Assembly: GCA_013265495.1 (NCBI GenBank)
Contig: MU061578.1
Coordinates: 2,117,308-2,181,307, forward strand
Source: Vicugna vicugna
Lineage: Eukaryota
DNA length: 64,000 nucleotides
Direction of reading: 5' to 3'
Every line of letters begins with the position of its first letter. Position 1 is the stretch's first letter. The notes beneath the pieces are model-generated. The model made no database searches, was not told the origin of the DNA, and saw nothing but the letters and a program-made list of their open reading frames with translations. The translations under genes and the position numbers were made by a program. This document shows, one piece after another, positions 35,541 to 48,070 of the stretch.

Positions 35541-37329
35541 AGGAAAGGGAACATGCCGTGGTCTGAATGCAGGCGCCTGACTTTCTCATGCCCACCCCAC
35601 CACCCCTGCCTTCTGCTTCCAATTACCGGTGTTTGTCGTAGGCTTTTAGCAACGGGGGTGGGGCAGGTGTGTCCCATATTTCTTGCCCTGAGGGCACAGT
35701 GAAAAACACACGTGCCCCGAGACAAAACTAGCTCCTAAACACATCTCCTCAAGTGATGGGGAATTCTCTGCTAAGAACATGCATCAAAGTCGAGGGGAAT
35801 CTTTGTATTCTGCTGGCCTGACTTACAAGGTAAAGTGGCATGCAGATTTCTTATTTAATAAATTCCCACAGAAAATTAGTTTTTCACAGTGGGGAGAATT
35901 TCAAGGCTTGCCGAGATGAGCGGGCAGGATCTAATCACTGTTGAGGCTTTGTACATACACCAGGCATTGCCGATCTCCGAATGATCCAATTACTCTGCAG
36001 AGGCCCATCTGCCTTACCTGCATACTAATCGCGAGACAGGGGAGAAGGAAACACACTGGCCTTTTCGGGAAGCTCCAGACGCACATGGCTCCCTTGCTGA
36101 CCTTCTGCCAATTACATTCATCTCAATTCTATTAGCTCATCTTTTGCCCGAAGGTGACATATGCCCGGCTTAGAGGGAGACATGTCTCCACCCGCTTCCC
36201 TCCGCAAGGGGGGAGCGGCCAGCTCGGCAGTGCACACACAGGGCTCGTACTCCCAAGGTCCCTGAATCTTCTTCCCTCTGGTTCTAGCAACGAGGACTGG
36301 TGAATTCAGGATGAGGATGCATCCTTCCTGGGGGCAGAACGATGTCTGCATTTGCCTAGATCTGATAGGTGGTTTTTTTGTGGGGAGAAAGACAGACAGA
36401 GTGATGAAATAGGATCAGATACCTGGGTTTGAGTACAAGCTTCTCTCCTAGAGGGTGATTTGGAACAGAGAGCTGTACTTCAAGCCTCTGAAGTCTCATA
36501 GGTAAAATGGGGGTGGATCCACTTCAACTGCTGAAATGGACGGTATTTTTGTCCTCCTAGCCCCACCCTACCTCCTTTCTATCCACTTACCACCCACTTC
36601 TGTCCCCATGAGCTTGGTATGTCTTAGGGACTGGAAGAGATAGAGGAATGGATAGTAAGTGGGTCCAGTAAATGTCCCCCTTATGCAAATGAGCATCTAA
36701 CCAGCTGTCTCTTTCTCTAATGCAGGCTCTGCCTGCTACTGAAACACCAGGAAGGGCAGAGTAATCAGGGATGACTTCTCAGAGGAAGAAACAGCAATGT
36801 TGGACCACGAATAAGGGTGGGAGGAAGGGGAAAAGGCATTCTGGAAATACGTAGGAACTAAGAGGTAGAGTGGAGATTATTGTGGTACATGTTGATTGGG
36901 GTGGGGGGTAGTGTGGCTTCTTCAAAAAAACTGGATGGAGTTTATCTGTATTTTGTAGTAGAGAACATACCTCCCCCAAATACACACACATACCCTGACA
37001 GAAGAAGTAAGTCAGCTCAGATGAGTCCAAGAGAAGGCTGAGGGCTGAGTTACTTGAGATGAGAACTGTAATAGCCAAGGGCAAGGCTAACGGTACAGCC
37101 AGCTCCATAGTCCTTGTGGGCAGAGCGTGAGGGTGAGTACCAGATCCTGGGGGCCTCTATGTCACTTTTAAGTTTGTCGCTCAGTGTTTAAAGAGCTACA
37201 TGCTAGTTTAAACTACATGATAGTCTCTGGGCTAGGAGCAGAGGGGAAGAGGGTGGGAAGGAGTAGGAGAGAAATGTTATGAAGCCTTTTTCCCCCTATA
37301 ATAAAATGAAGGGATCTCACTCTACAGAA

Positions 37330-37570
37330 AGGCAGCACAGGGTTACTCTATGAAAAAAAAAAGAGAGTCTTAGAGTCATTCAGACTTGGGTTCAAACCCT
37401 GGCTCTGCTATTTGTCATCTGTGGACCTTGGGATAGGGTGCTGGATGCCTGAGCCTCAGTTTATTCATCTATAAAATGGGAATATTAAATTCTTATCTAA
37501 TGGTTCTGTTGTAAGGGTTAGGGATACTATGAATAAATTTTCTAAAATGCACGATTCATGGTAGGTGAAG
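37330..37570 (+). mobile_element. MIR
   Basis: GGGTTCAAACCCTGGCTCTGC...GAGCCTCAGTTTATTCATCTATAAAATGGG. Confidence 0.85.
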
Positions 37571-37621
37571 AGTAATGGATATTTGCCAGTATTTAGAGCT
37601 TATAGTCCAATAGAGGGAGTT

Positions 37622-38070
37622 CCATTCATTCATTCAATAAACATCCACTGAACCTGGTAAATGTCACGGGGACTATGGCGTGTATAACTATGAACAACAG
37701 TGACAAGTACCATCAGAAGTACTGGGGGACATGAGAGTTTAAACGTTTTTTTTTTTCAGACAAATTAATTATTGTAACTTTATTACAATATTTACAAGCA
37801 ATACTGTCATGATACTTATTCATATCACAGTTACTCCAACTATATACAAATAGAAAATTATACAAGTCTACATTTGAAAAAAAGAAAAGAAAAATAAAAG
37901 GACAAGTCACTTTTAGGTGGAGGAGCAAGGACGACTTCCCAAAGGAACCTTGAAGAATCAGGAATGTCTGGGCATGGGAGCACTGGGGGGGTGGGCATTT
38001 CTAGTAGAGGTGAGACCATGAGCAAAAGCATTAAGGTTGGAAAAGCTGAGGATGTGAAAAAAGTATCATT
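37622..38070 (-). mobile_element. L2 3' region interrupted by an AT-rich insert
   Basis: CATTCATTCATTCAATAAACAT tail; L2-like sequence resumes at about 37897. Confidence 0.65.
37746..37896 (-). pseudogene. Probable retroposed polyadenylated 3' end fragment (source unknown)
   Basis: T11 at 37746-37756; TTTATT (AATAAA on minus) at 37779-37784, 22 nt from the tail; AT-rich UTR-like body. Confidence 0.5.
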
Positions 38071-38089
38071 TGTGCTGTGTTTATAATGT

Positions 38090-38293
38090 GTAAAACAGAA
38101 ATATGTGAGATGGAAATTTCCTTTATCCTTATGGTCCAATAAGGTAGCCATAGCTCCATGTGGCCACTGAGCTCTTGAAACGGGGCTGTTATGGCTGAGA
38201 AACTGACTTTCTAATTTCTCTTCATTTTAATTCGTTTAAAGTTTAAATGGAATGGTTGCATGTGGTTAATGGCTACCACACTGGCTGGCACAG
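38090..38293. mobile_element. MER3-like hAT-Charlie MITE
   Basis: GTCCAATAAGGTAGCCA...CATGTGGTTAATGGCTACCA. Confidence 0.75.
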
Positions 38294-41274
38294 GTGTGAA
38301 GGGCAATTAGGAGCCAATCACCTGAACAAACGAGCAGAGATCAGACCACAAAGGGTCTTGGGCGCCACGCTCAGAGTTCCATTCTATCTTCAGAGCATCA
38401 GCCCTCACCATTCAGCCCTGGAAAGCCATTCCCGTTGAGAGTGCAAGATGAATTCTAAAACGGGACCCCCTCTCCTCTCAGAGGTGAGAGGATGGGGTTG
38501 TCAGAGCCCCAAAGAGCAGTAATTAGGGTCCTGCCTTACACAGTGACAGTGAGAATGGAGAGGAGAGGACGGCAGACCCGTGTACAGCCTTTGGGAGATG
38601 GTAAGTTGAGGTGGTTGAGGGAGACGCATGTGACTGAGGGGATGCCAAGACGTGAAATTTAATCAGGGCATCTCCGCGTCTTGTGACACCAGGCATGGGG
38701 GAGAGTGAAGGAGGGATTGTGATCTGGATAAAGGACAGGAGGCAGGTATCTCTGGGGCTGGCGTCGTGATTACAAATTCTCTGTACCTCACATGTCTCCC
38801 AAACAGAACCACGGCACTGTCCACTCTCCAAGGGGAAAGAGTCATCTTCCATTAATTTCCCCAGGTAATCTGAGTGCGTAGACTTGGCCTTTGGAGGTTG
38901 GAGGTTGGAGCCCCAAGGGCCTGGAGGGGGCTCCTGCACCTTCCTGGATGTCTTGATGGTGGTCTTGATTTCTTCAAGGGGAAAGAGGCTGATATGGCAT
39001 TCCTGGCACTGCCCACTCCTCTAGTGTCCTTCTCGGAGCTGGCTGCCAGGGCCCCAAGAACCCTGTGTGATTTGCTGGAGAGTGGTGATTTGTTTTTGTC
39101 CTATTAACTTCTTGAAAGGACAGAAACAGATTACTGAGCTGGAGGGATGGCCTGGGAAGAATACGGATGAGGAACTGGCTGCATGAAACCAGAGCAGGGA
39201 GGTTGGGATGAGCAGGGCAAAAGGGCTAAGAGGGAAGTAGAAGCCCCATCTCTGTGCTCACATCTACTGAAATAAATATCTTTGCAGAAATGCAGTTGTC
39301 TGGGGAATTTTCTTACCTCTCTCTCTTTTCATCCTTTTCTCGTGTACTATTTCCTTGGCCTGGAAAACATACTCTATCCTCTCCTCCATTTTCTCCATCC
39401 ACATCTGCATGCATCCATTCATGAATCACCAGTGAATGTTTCGGCATCTGTGATGTTCCTATCACCATGTTAGAAACTGAGTACACGCCAGTCACAAAAT
39501 GAAACAGGATTCCATCTCCCCCCACCCCCGTGAAATCTGGAGAGCCGGGAGAAAGCCTAGACACTCATCAATGAACTGCCCCAATAAAGGTGTAATTATG
39601 AATTTAGATAAATTTGTTAAAGGGACTCATGCCAAGCTTTAGGCATGCCCATTCAGACGCCTCTGTGGCATGTCCCCTCCGTGCCTCAATTTATTCACCT
39701 GCAAGACAGTGTTGAGAATAAAACCTACATGTGCTGTGGAGAGGGTTACATATGGTTTTACACACAGGTGCTCAAAAGAGTAGCTTTCACTGTTAGCTAT
39801 TATTATTGTCCCTCCTCCATGAAGGTCAAATGGAACGATGGACTCTGGCCCCAGGACCGTTCTCCAGGCCTGAATGCATCTGAGTTTCGATCGGTTTTGT
39901 GTCTGAGTAAGGGGTTCACCAGATCTTTCAGAAACATGGGCGAGTCAGCCTTTCCATGCCTCTCAGTTGGAAGCTTGCTCTGTGATATACAGAGGCTGTT
40001 TCCTAAATCTCTGGCCTTCTGGGGAACTATGAAAAAAACATTTGGAGCTACAAAGCTCAAACCTGTAACATTTCAGAGTGAAACCAGTCTGCTCAAAGAG
40101 AGAGGAGTTAAGGGAACAGCAATAAAAGGCATGGTTTATTGGCTGTCTGGCGATATGCTTTCACATAGGGCTATCATCAGACTGAAAACAAAAAGTTGGG
40201 GGACAGCCGTCAAGTCTCCTCAGACACTTGCAGTAGGGATGAAAAGTTTTGTTCACCTTAGACCAGCCAAGAGAGGGCCACCCTGAGGCTTGCTGCTTTC
40301 CTAGGTGCTGAAACGTGTCCTTCCAACACAAAGTTTCTCTTTTAAATTAAGTAGAGCAAACCTCAGGGGCGGCTACTGTATCTTTCCCCAATGTGTTCTG
40401 GCAGATTCAAAGCTGATTTTCGAGAACAACATTGATCCCACCCACATGTTTCCCAGGAGACAGTAATGATAGAAACATGAAATATTAAAGTGTAAGTGTC
40501 TGTGAGCCTTTAAGGAGGCTGGATAAGAATGCAAAGGAAAGAAAGCAGGATGGAATGTCTGTTCTGTGTTAAAAGGGGGCTGGGTAGGCTTAAGTGATGG
40601 GGAAGAAAGAAGAGACTTTGACTTAAAGGAGTAAGGTAGGTTGCAAAAGAGGAGTGGAGAGAAAAAGAAGAGAGATTTGGGAAGCTGATGAAAGGGGGGG
40701 GATGGGGAATTGATAGGTGATGTATGAGAAGTGTAGTGGGTGCTTTTGGTGACTCGTTTACCTGATAGAGTATCAGCCCCCAGAGGCTGGAGTGTTGCCT
40801 GGCAGTAGCTCACACACCCCCCTTCTCCAAATGGAAATGCTCTCACCTGGTAGGATATGTGTACCCACCCCCAATATGGAAGATGGGACCAACTTTGTGG
40901 TGAAACTCACATCCCAGGGACTCCCGTACGTTCAGTCTGAGACTAGATTCTGGCTGAATCCACATCCTCACGTACTCTTTGATTTTCCTCATCCTTTTTT
41001 TCACTCCCCTTCCACAGAAAGTACTCTCCCAGTGCATCTCCTAACAAGAGTCCCCTCTCAGATGCCTGCTTCTAGGACACCTCAGACAGAACATTTTACA
41101 CTGTGTGTGAGGTCACCCCTCCCGCTGTGTCCCCCCACCGGAAAATCTCAGGAATATAGACTGAGTCCTTGCATTCTTTTGGATTTAGAAATGTGAATCT
41201 TGGGTTGTGATAATATTCTGAGACTGGTGGTAAGGTTCAGCGAAACAGTTAAGTCACTTTCAGTTCACAGTGAA

Positions 41275-41520
41275 AATAGCAGCGGTGTCTATAATGTACT
41301 GAATGCCTCTGTTCTAAGCAGTTTGAGGTACCTCACACTTGCATCCTTCCATCCTCTCAACAGCCCTGTGAAATGCCCACTTTTACCCTATGTTATAAAT
41401 GAGGAAACTGAGTCTACAAGAGGTAAACTAATTTTCCCTTTGTCCCATAATATGTTAGTGGCAGAAATGGGTTCAGACCAGGGTTTTTTGTTGTTTTGTT
41501 TTAGATTCCAGCACCTTTTT
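41275..41520 (-). mobile_element. MIR
   Basis: ATGAGGAAACTGAG core. Confidence 0.75.
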
Positions 41521-43039
41521 CTGTACGACAGGCCATACTGGATCCTTCTCCAGCTCAATAAGAGTCAAGATCAAGCTGCCAAGTTCTCATTTTAGAAAGG
41601 AAATGCAGACTCCCTTGGCCCTGCTATTTCGAACACGTACATTTTCTTCTTCAGTCAATGACACAGAGGTTGGCATTCACTAGAGAGTCCAGCCATGAGT
41701 TGACTGAAGTCCAGCTCCAACTTCCAGAAGCTTATCTGAGAAATCTAATATCTGAGACAGATAATCTAATGGGCATGTGAGTCATCCATTTCTCGGGATT
41801 CTCTAAACTCTAGTCTTGTATTAAGTTAGAAAGACAGGCACCTGGACCATATTAAGTTATCTCCCCCCATGAAACTGCCTCAATCAAGTTAAGATTTAAC
41901 ACCGTGACCTCAGCATTTATGACCAATGAGGGCAAGAAGTGTCAATGTGGACAATCTTTTTGTTGAAGACACTGTTTTCTGTTATAAAATGCCCCTTAAA
42001 TACAGATGCAGGTAACTGACTCCCTCTCAGAACTCAGTGTCTGTGCAATGTTCCCTCCTGTAAATGAACTTTGTGTTCCCTTTCACCACACAAGATAGGT
42101 TACAAAACCCAGTATGTTTCTCATTTTGCCTTTGCTGCCAGGAAGCTCAGAGATAAATTCAGTGCCCTGATAAATACAAGCTCTGTCTTGGCTATCTACT
42201 CTTACAATGTTTTGAATTGTTTTTATGTGTTTTATTTGTCACATTTGACTGTATCAGTCTGCCTCACATTTTTAAACAGGCACACTGAAAAACTAAAAGT
42301 AAATCAATGGGTTGTTAGAGGGAACGCCTGGAAAAATGGACCACTGATTTGCTTGTATTCAGATCTGGTGGCTTATTTTCTAAAATATGAACATCACTCC
42401 ACTCCACCAGCACTGTCATGACCACCATCATCTCTCACCTAGATGACTGAAAATGCCTCCTACTAGTGGGACAGACTTCAGTCTTGGTTTACTCCTTGCC
42501 TCTCCTTCAGTTCTCCATTTTGCAACTAATCACTGTACACATAGATCTGGCTCTGTCACTAGGTGATCTAAAAGCCTCCAAAGGCACCTACATATTTAAA
42601 ATGCTTCTAAACAGGAGTGCAAAGTTGTGTGAGGGTTACTCAAAGCCATATGAGAATGGGGACATCTTTTTGGAGCATCCATTTAACTCCATGGTAAGTA
42701 ATTTAGAATACCAATTTAATAGTAAAAAAATAAATGTGATATTACATGGAGCCAAATGTGCACATATGTTTGATATTGATACAGGAGACTCTGAAGATGT
42801 TTTCCAACCGGGTTGGACCACTAAGAACTCCAGGCACCTCAATATCCCACTCCTCCCTAGAACATTCTTCTTCACTCTTCTCTGTCTTCAGGATGACTTT
42901 GTCAGAAAATTATGTGAAGCCCAGCTATGGGATAAAATCCAACATTCTCATCAAAGACTCGAGGGAATCAGATGAGGTTGACATCTGCTCCATGACAGTT
43001 GGGTCATCACACTCTGAGCTCCAGATCCAACAGACTCTT

Positions 43040-43400
43040 CCCTATGCTTTGACTTGGCTCTGCTCTCTTCCTATTTGGCCTTTTCACATGCTGCTCCCCC
43101 AAACTGGAATGCCATTTCCTCACCACTGCACCTGGATAGCCCCAGCCTGTCCTGCTGATTTTGGCTTAGGAATTACTCCTGGAAAGTCTTCTGATTCGGT
43201 TGTATTCAGATCTGGGTTCTGTAGCCTATATGGCGTGGTGAGATGGGACACAAAGTTCATTTACAGGAGGGAACATTGCACAGACACTGTGGTGGATTTG
43301 GAATTTTCACAGGATGTTGGGCTACATTCTACACTTGGTATATCATGTAACATGTGGTTGATGATTCTCTACTTACCTCTTATCTCTTGTTCTTCATTGA
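43040..43400 (+). mobile_element. L2 fragment
   Basis: GGCCTTTTCACATGCTGCTCCCCCAAACTGGAATGCC. Confidence 0.55.
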
Positions 43401-43413
43401 TTTATGAATTCTA

Positions 43414-43463
43414 TCACCATCATCACCACCATCACCATCAACACCACCACCATCATCACCATC
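43414..43463 (+). repeat. (CAC/CAT)n trinucleotide repeat
   Basis: Directly visible, at the tail of the adjacent MIR. Confidence 0.95.
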
Positions 43464-43464
43464 A

Positions 43465-43670
43465 GAGCCCTCACTCTATGCCAGGAACTTTATAAGCATT
43501 AACTCACTTAATTATTTAAGTTACTATTATCCCCCACCCCATAAAGATAAGGAAACTGAGGCATAAAGAGGCACAGTTGTGGGAAAAGGTCATTCCTCAA
43601 GCAAGTGATGGAAAATGAAATTTCAACTCTATGCGCCCCAACAATAGAGGCAGACTTTCAATCACTCTAA
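43465..43670 (-). mobile_element. MIR
   Basis: AGATAAGGAAACTGAGGCATAAAGAGG. Confidence 0.8.
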
Positions 43671-43699
43671 TCACCCTTAATCATCAAGGTTCTGCTTGG

Positions 43700-43990
43700 C
43701 TGATGACCTCACCTCTATCAAGTCTTTGCACAGACCTCACTTTCCCAGGGAAGCCTAAACAGGCCCACCATTAATTCTGCACTCCCAACCTCCTCTTTTC
43801 CATTCCACTCTTTCCTTTTGACCTTCCCTGTATTTGCTTTCAACATCCCACATAACCCATTATTTTTCTTGTTCATTTTCTGTGTACCCTACTAGACTAT
43901 AAGCTTCACAAGGACAGGGAACTAGCATGTTCACTGGTGTGTCTAACAAGAATGCGAGAAATATTTGTTGAATGATTCAATAAATGAACT
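43700..43990 (+). mobile_element. L2 3' end
   Basis: CTAGACTATAAGCTTCACAAGGACAGGGA...AAATATTTGTTGAATGA. Confidence 0.75.
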
Positions 43991-44867
43991 ATGTCATCCA
44001 CCCTCTGGACCAGTTGGACTCCCAGAAGGAGGTACGTGAATACTCCACTGTGAGATGAAAGAGTAACATCTCCCCATCAGTCTCACTGAAGATGCAGGCT
44101 CCAGCCCATGTATTTTGTTGCTGCTGTGACTGCTGCATCCCTCAGAACAGGGTGGAGGGCCTCTGGGCCTCCATCCAAGGGCAGAGGAACCAAGTCTGGC
44201 TGTCAGAATGTCCCGAGCCCTGTGCTCTGTTCCTGCTCTGTCTCAGGAGCTGCGTCCCTCTATGGCCCTTGCATGCCTCACTCCCCCCACATTCAGTGGC
44301 CGCCTCCATGTGTCCAGACCCTCCCTTTCTTAGGCCCATGGCCAGCACTGGGTAATGCTTTCCTCGGATGCCTCGTGGTGCCTCCTCTGTCAGGCCCTGG
44401 GGTGGTAAATACCTCTCTGCCATTCTGCCACCTCATATTTCCAGTAAGGTGGGCTCTTGGTAGTGGGGGAAAGCTGGCTGTTTCCTTGACAGCAAATACC
44501 CCAACTGACTGAAACAATTAGTTTGTCTATTTTAAAACTGAATTCCAATGCTTCCATGGCAACCAAAGTTATTAAAAGATGTAAATTAAAGTGTTGTGCA
44601 GGAAAGATGGCTTGGCATGGAAGGCACTTGTTTTGGGGAAAGAACACAGAGAACTTTAAACCAAGGGCATCCCCCTACCTGGATGCACAGAACAATCAGC
44701 TGGAGGGAGACAGTGCCAGTGGCTCCATCTCACTCACTTGGTTTCCACTATAGCCTCTTATAGGAGACACTCAAGTCTCTTTCACTTTTGTGAAGCCCCT
44801 TGTGCCAAGAGCAAATCTTTAAAGAGTAGGTAGGAGGGCTGACATTAGTATAGCACCTACTGTATAC

Positions 44868-45510
44868 CTAATAATACTGACAGCTGACGTGTGTTGAGTA
44901 CTTACTGTGCCCAAGGCATTGTGCTGAGGGATTTGTAGACATCCTCTCACTGAAAGTGCCTATCAGATGAGACTGAATCTCAGTCCATCCCCATTTCACA
45001 GATGGGGAATCGGAGGCCCCAGTAGATGAAAGGACGAAAGGAGTCACACAGCCAGTAAGAGATGAAACTGGGATTAGAGCCCACATCTGTGATCATATTT
45101 TCTGAATCTGTGGCAGACAAAATGCTGGGGGAACGGATTATTCCACTTAATCTTCTTAACGACCCTAAGTGGCAGTATGGTGTAGGATGAACAGCTCAGG
45201 CTCCCGAGTCAGACAGATGTGGATGGACACTATCACCTCCACGAATGAGTCCTGGGACCTCAGGGCAAGACGGCTAACTCTCGCTGCCAGAGTGTACTCG
45301 GCTGTGAGATGAGTGCCTGCACAGGTGAGGACAAAGGGAGCCGCCGAGGCAGGAGTGGCGCCTGACCTAGTGTCTAACAAGGCATTACAGACGCTCACTG
45401 TATTATTTTCATTCTCTTTGTAGATGAGGCACAGAGGCTTAGAGAGGTAAAGGAATTTGCTCAGGGACCCAGGGCTGGGATCTGGAGCCCATCTCATCCC
45501 CGTGCTGAAG
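44868..45510. mobile_element. Cluster of three MIRs (-, +, -)
   Basis: CCCCATTTCACAGATGGGGAATCGGAGG; GGCAGTATGGTGTAGG head; GTAGATGAGGCACAGAGGCTTAGAGAGG. Confidence 0.7.
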
Positions 45511-46247
45511 CTCTCTCCCCCACAAATGAGCAAATGATCGTGTTTGCTCAAGATGTATAGTTTGCAGTCTTTTGTGGTGAACCAGGACACCCAGGAGCTC
45601 ATCAACATACCCCTGGCCTCGTGCCCTGGGCTGCCTTGCTGCTTCTGAGAAAGTGGACGGGGAAAGGAACGGCCTCGTCCAGCATCCTGATAATCACATC
45701 GGTTACTGTGTATAGGGTCTTTGTTCTCTGCCAGGCTCTTGCTCTGGGCTGTGTCCTGGCCCTCTCTGCCCCCTGCCCACGCTGAAATGGGTTCAGTTCT
45801 TTAAAGTGCACGTTAGCCCTTTAAAACAGGCCGCTGCTTCTGTGTCTGGCCAACACTTGCCGATATGTCGGGATTCAGATTAAAAATGAACTCCTCTGAG
45901 AGGCATTCCCTCACCTGATGGGCAGGATACCTCTTGGGTCTGCTCCCCAGCATCTGGCGCTGCTCTGTGCTGATTCTTAATGAGTTGTCATTACGTGCCT
46001 GCCCCTCTGTGAGGACATGCAGCTCACCTGGCTGCACTGTTTCCTCAGTGCCCAGAGTGATGTCGGCACAAAGTAGGTACTTAACAGAAATTTTTGGATT
46101 GAATGAATTGAGAAGCTGACCAAGTGGAAGGCCAGTTAGGGGCCATCCCAGACAGAGGCAACAAACTGTGCAAAGGCCCTGGGGCAGGAGGAACCTGACA
46201 CCACAGAGGGTCTGAGAGGGTCAGTGTGAGGAGGGAAGGGGGTAGCG

Positions 46248-46831
46248 TGCAGCCATTAAAAGAATGACATGGCAATTAGCACCAAGATGGTGGAAGATTC
46301 AATTCGCAGTAGACCTTGAGCATCAATGTACGCTCATTGAAATACAATAGGATGCTAAATGGTACTCCAACAGGTGCCTGGACAGTTTTAAGGCTGATCA
46401 TTAAAGGTCAAAAGGTGGATCATGGCCCAATTCCTGGGAATCTCACCCCCGTCCCCAAAGTAGTTGGGATAATCGTCCCACTTGTTAGCACAGGAAGTTA
46501 CTGAGCCCATAAAACTAGCAACCCCCACAGCTGTGGCCACTCTCCCTTCTCCGTGAGACGGACCGCACTCTGTCTATGGAGTCTGTATCTACTTTTACTT
46601 CAAACTGAGCACCTAACCCCCACACCTCGTGCCCTTTCTCTTGCCTTCTAAGACACCCTGTACTCTGTCTAAGGAGTTTGTATCTCTCTAAATAAATCTG
46701 CTCAACTGTGGCTTGCTCTTGAATTCTTTCCTGCATGAAGCCAAGGGCCCACACTTGGCATGGTGCATCCCAAGGACTCAGCCAAGACCTGGGACTTTGC
46801 CATCCTCTCACCCCACATTTTTCCTGTATCA
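46248..46831 (+). mobile_element. ERV1 solo LTR, MER41-like, inserted in an L2
   Basis: TG...CA termini; 4-bp TSD AGCG/AGTG; AATAAA at about 46691; GAATTCTTTCCTGCATGAAGCCAAG resembles the MER41 U5. Confidence 0.8.
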
Positions 46832-46934
46832 AGTGAGGCTGGGGGGATGAGCAGTGGAGAGAGGTCTGAGATGAGGTTGGTGAGAGCAGCAGGGGACCGG
46901 TCTTGTAAGACCTTGCAGGTCTTGTAGGAGTGAG

Positions 46935-46940
<6 letters not shown>

Positions 46941-46976
<36 letters not shown>
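46941..46976. repeat. (TG)18 microsatellite
   Basis: Directly visible. Confidence 0.98.
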
Positions 46977-46982
<6 letters not shown>

Positions 46983-47409
46983 CTGTTGTTCAGAACACCA
47001 GAAATCCTAACCATCATTTGATTTGAGCTCATGTCACTGGCCACATGTCCCTCCAGCTTTGCTCTAACACAGCAGGTGCAAAAAGCACCTACAGTGAAGA
47101 AAACATATAGCGCAGGGACCAAATAATTCTGGCACAACCACCCAGCTGCATCTCTGGGTCCGTGAGCAGACTGGCCTCCTCTGGACCTATGTAGTCTCTT
47201 CTGCAAAAACGAGACTGGAATACAAGGAACCCAAGGCAGTGGAGAAGGGCGTCGTTTTGGTCGTTGCACTAACTGGGGCTGCTGTGGTGTGCGTGCAAGG
47301 CCAGAGACAGGACTGAGACTGCTGCCTTGTGTGGGAGACTCCCACACAACAAAGACTCTCTGAACAGGATCATCTCTAAAGTCCTTTTAGGTCTCTAGTT
47401 GTCCTGGAA

Positions 47410-47595
47410 TCTAAGGCAAGTTTTAGCAATATCTGAAGGCATTTTTGGTAGCTACAACCAGGGGAAAGGAAATGTTGCTGGCAGCTGGTGGGCAGAAGCC
47501 AGGGATGCTGGTAAACACCCTACCATGCACAGGACTGCCCCGCAACAGAACTGTCTGGTCCCAAAAGTGAATAGTGCCAAGGCTGAAAAACCCCG
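47410..47595 (+). mobile_element. MER20
   Basis: GCCAGGGATGCTGGTAAACACCCTACCATGCACAGGAC...AATAGTGCCAAGGCTGA. Confidence 0.85.
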
Positions 47596-47844
47596 GAATA
47601 AGGGACTGATTGTCTACTTGAACAAATGAGTGGACGGATGGTTTCAGTAATGCATCACTCTCCACGTAACAACTCAATGGTTTTCATGTACACGAGGTGA
47701 CCAAATGTTAGTTACTGTTTTAATTAAACCACCAGGAACCTGAATGATTTACAAAAATGTGGAGCCCCGCCACAACTCCAGGAGCATACGGGAACCAAAC
47801 GTGACTCCTGGCTATTATTCAGAACTCCTCTCCCAACTGGTAAT

Positions 47845-48065
47845 AACTGATATTTTGTAAGCCTTATTCTGCTAGGCACGGGGCTAAGCATGTTATATGT
47901 ATTGATTGATTTAATTCTCAAAGACATTCATGCTCTCAATTTTACAGATGAGGAGAGAGAGATACAGAGACTTAAATTACCTCGTCAAAGTAACACAGCC
48001 CATAAGGAGAAGGTAAGGGGAGTGAACCCAGGCCTCCCGTGTGAATCACCACCTGGATTGCACCT
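47845..48065 (-). mobile_element. MIR
   Basis: TTTTACAGATGAGGAG core. Confidence 0.7.
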
Positions 48066-48070
48066 AGTGA

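Noticed and set aside
39645..40286. 213-aa ORF
   Set aside because: It crosses MIR fragments; no protein features
42746..43495. 249-aa ORF ending in poly-His
   Set aside because: It runs through an L2 fragment, and the His tract is a (CAC/CAT)n repeat at a MIR tail; no recognisable domain
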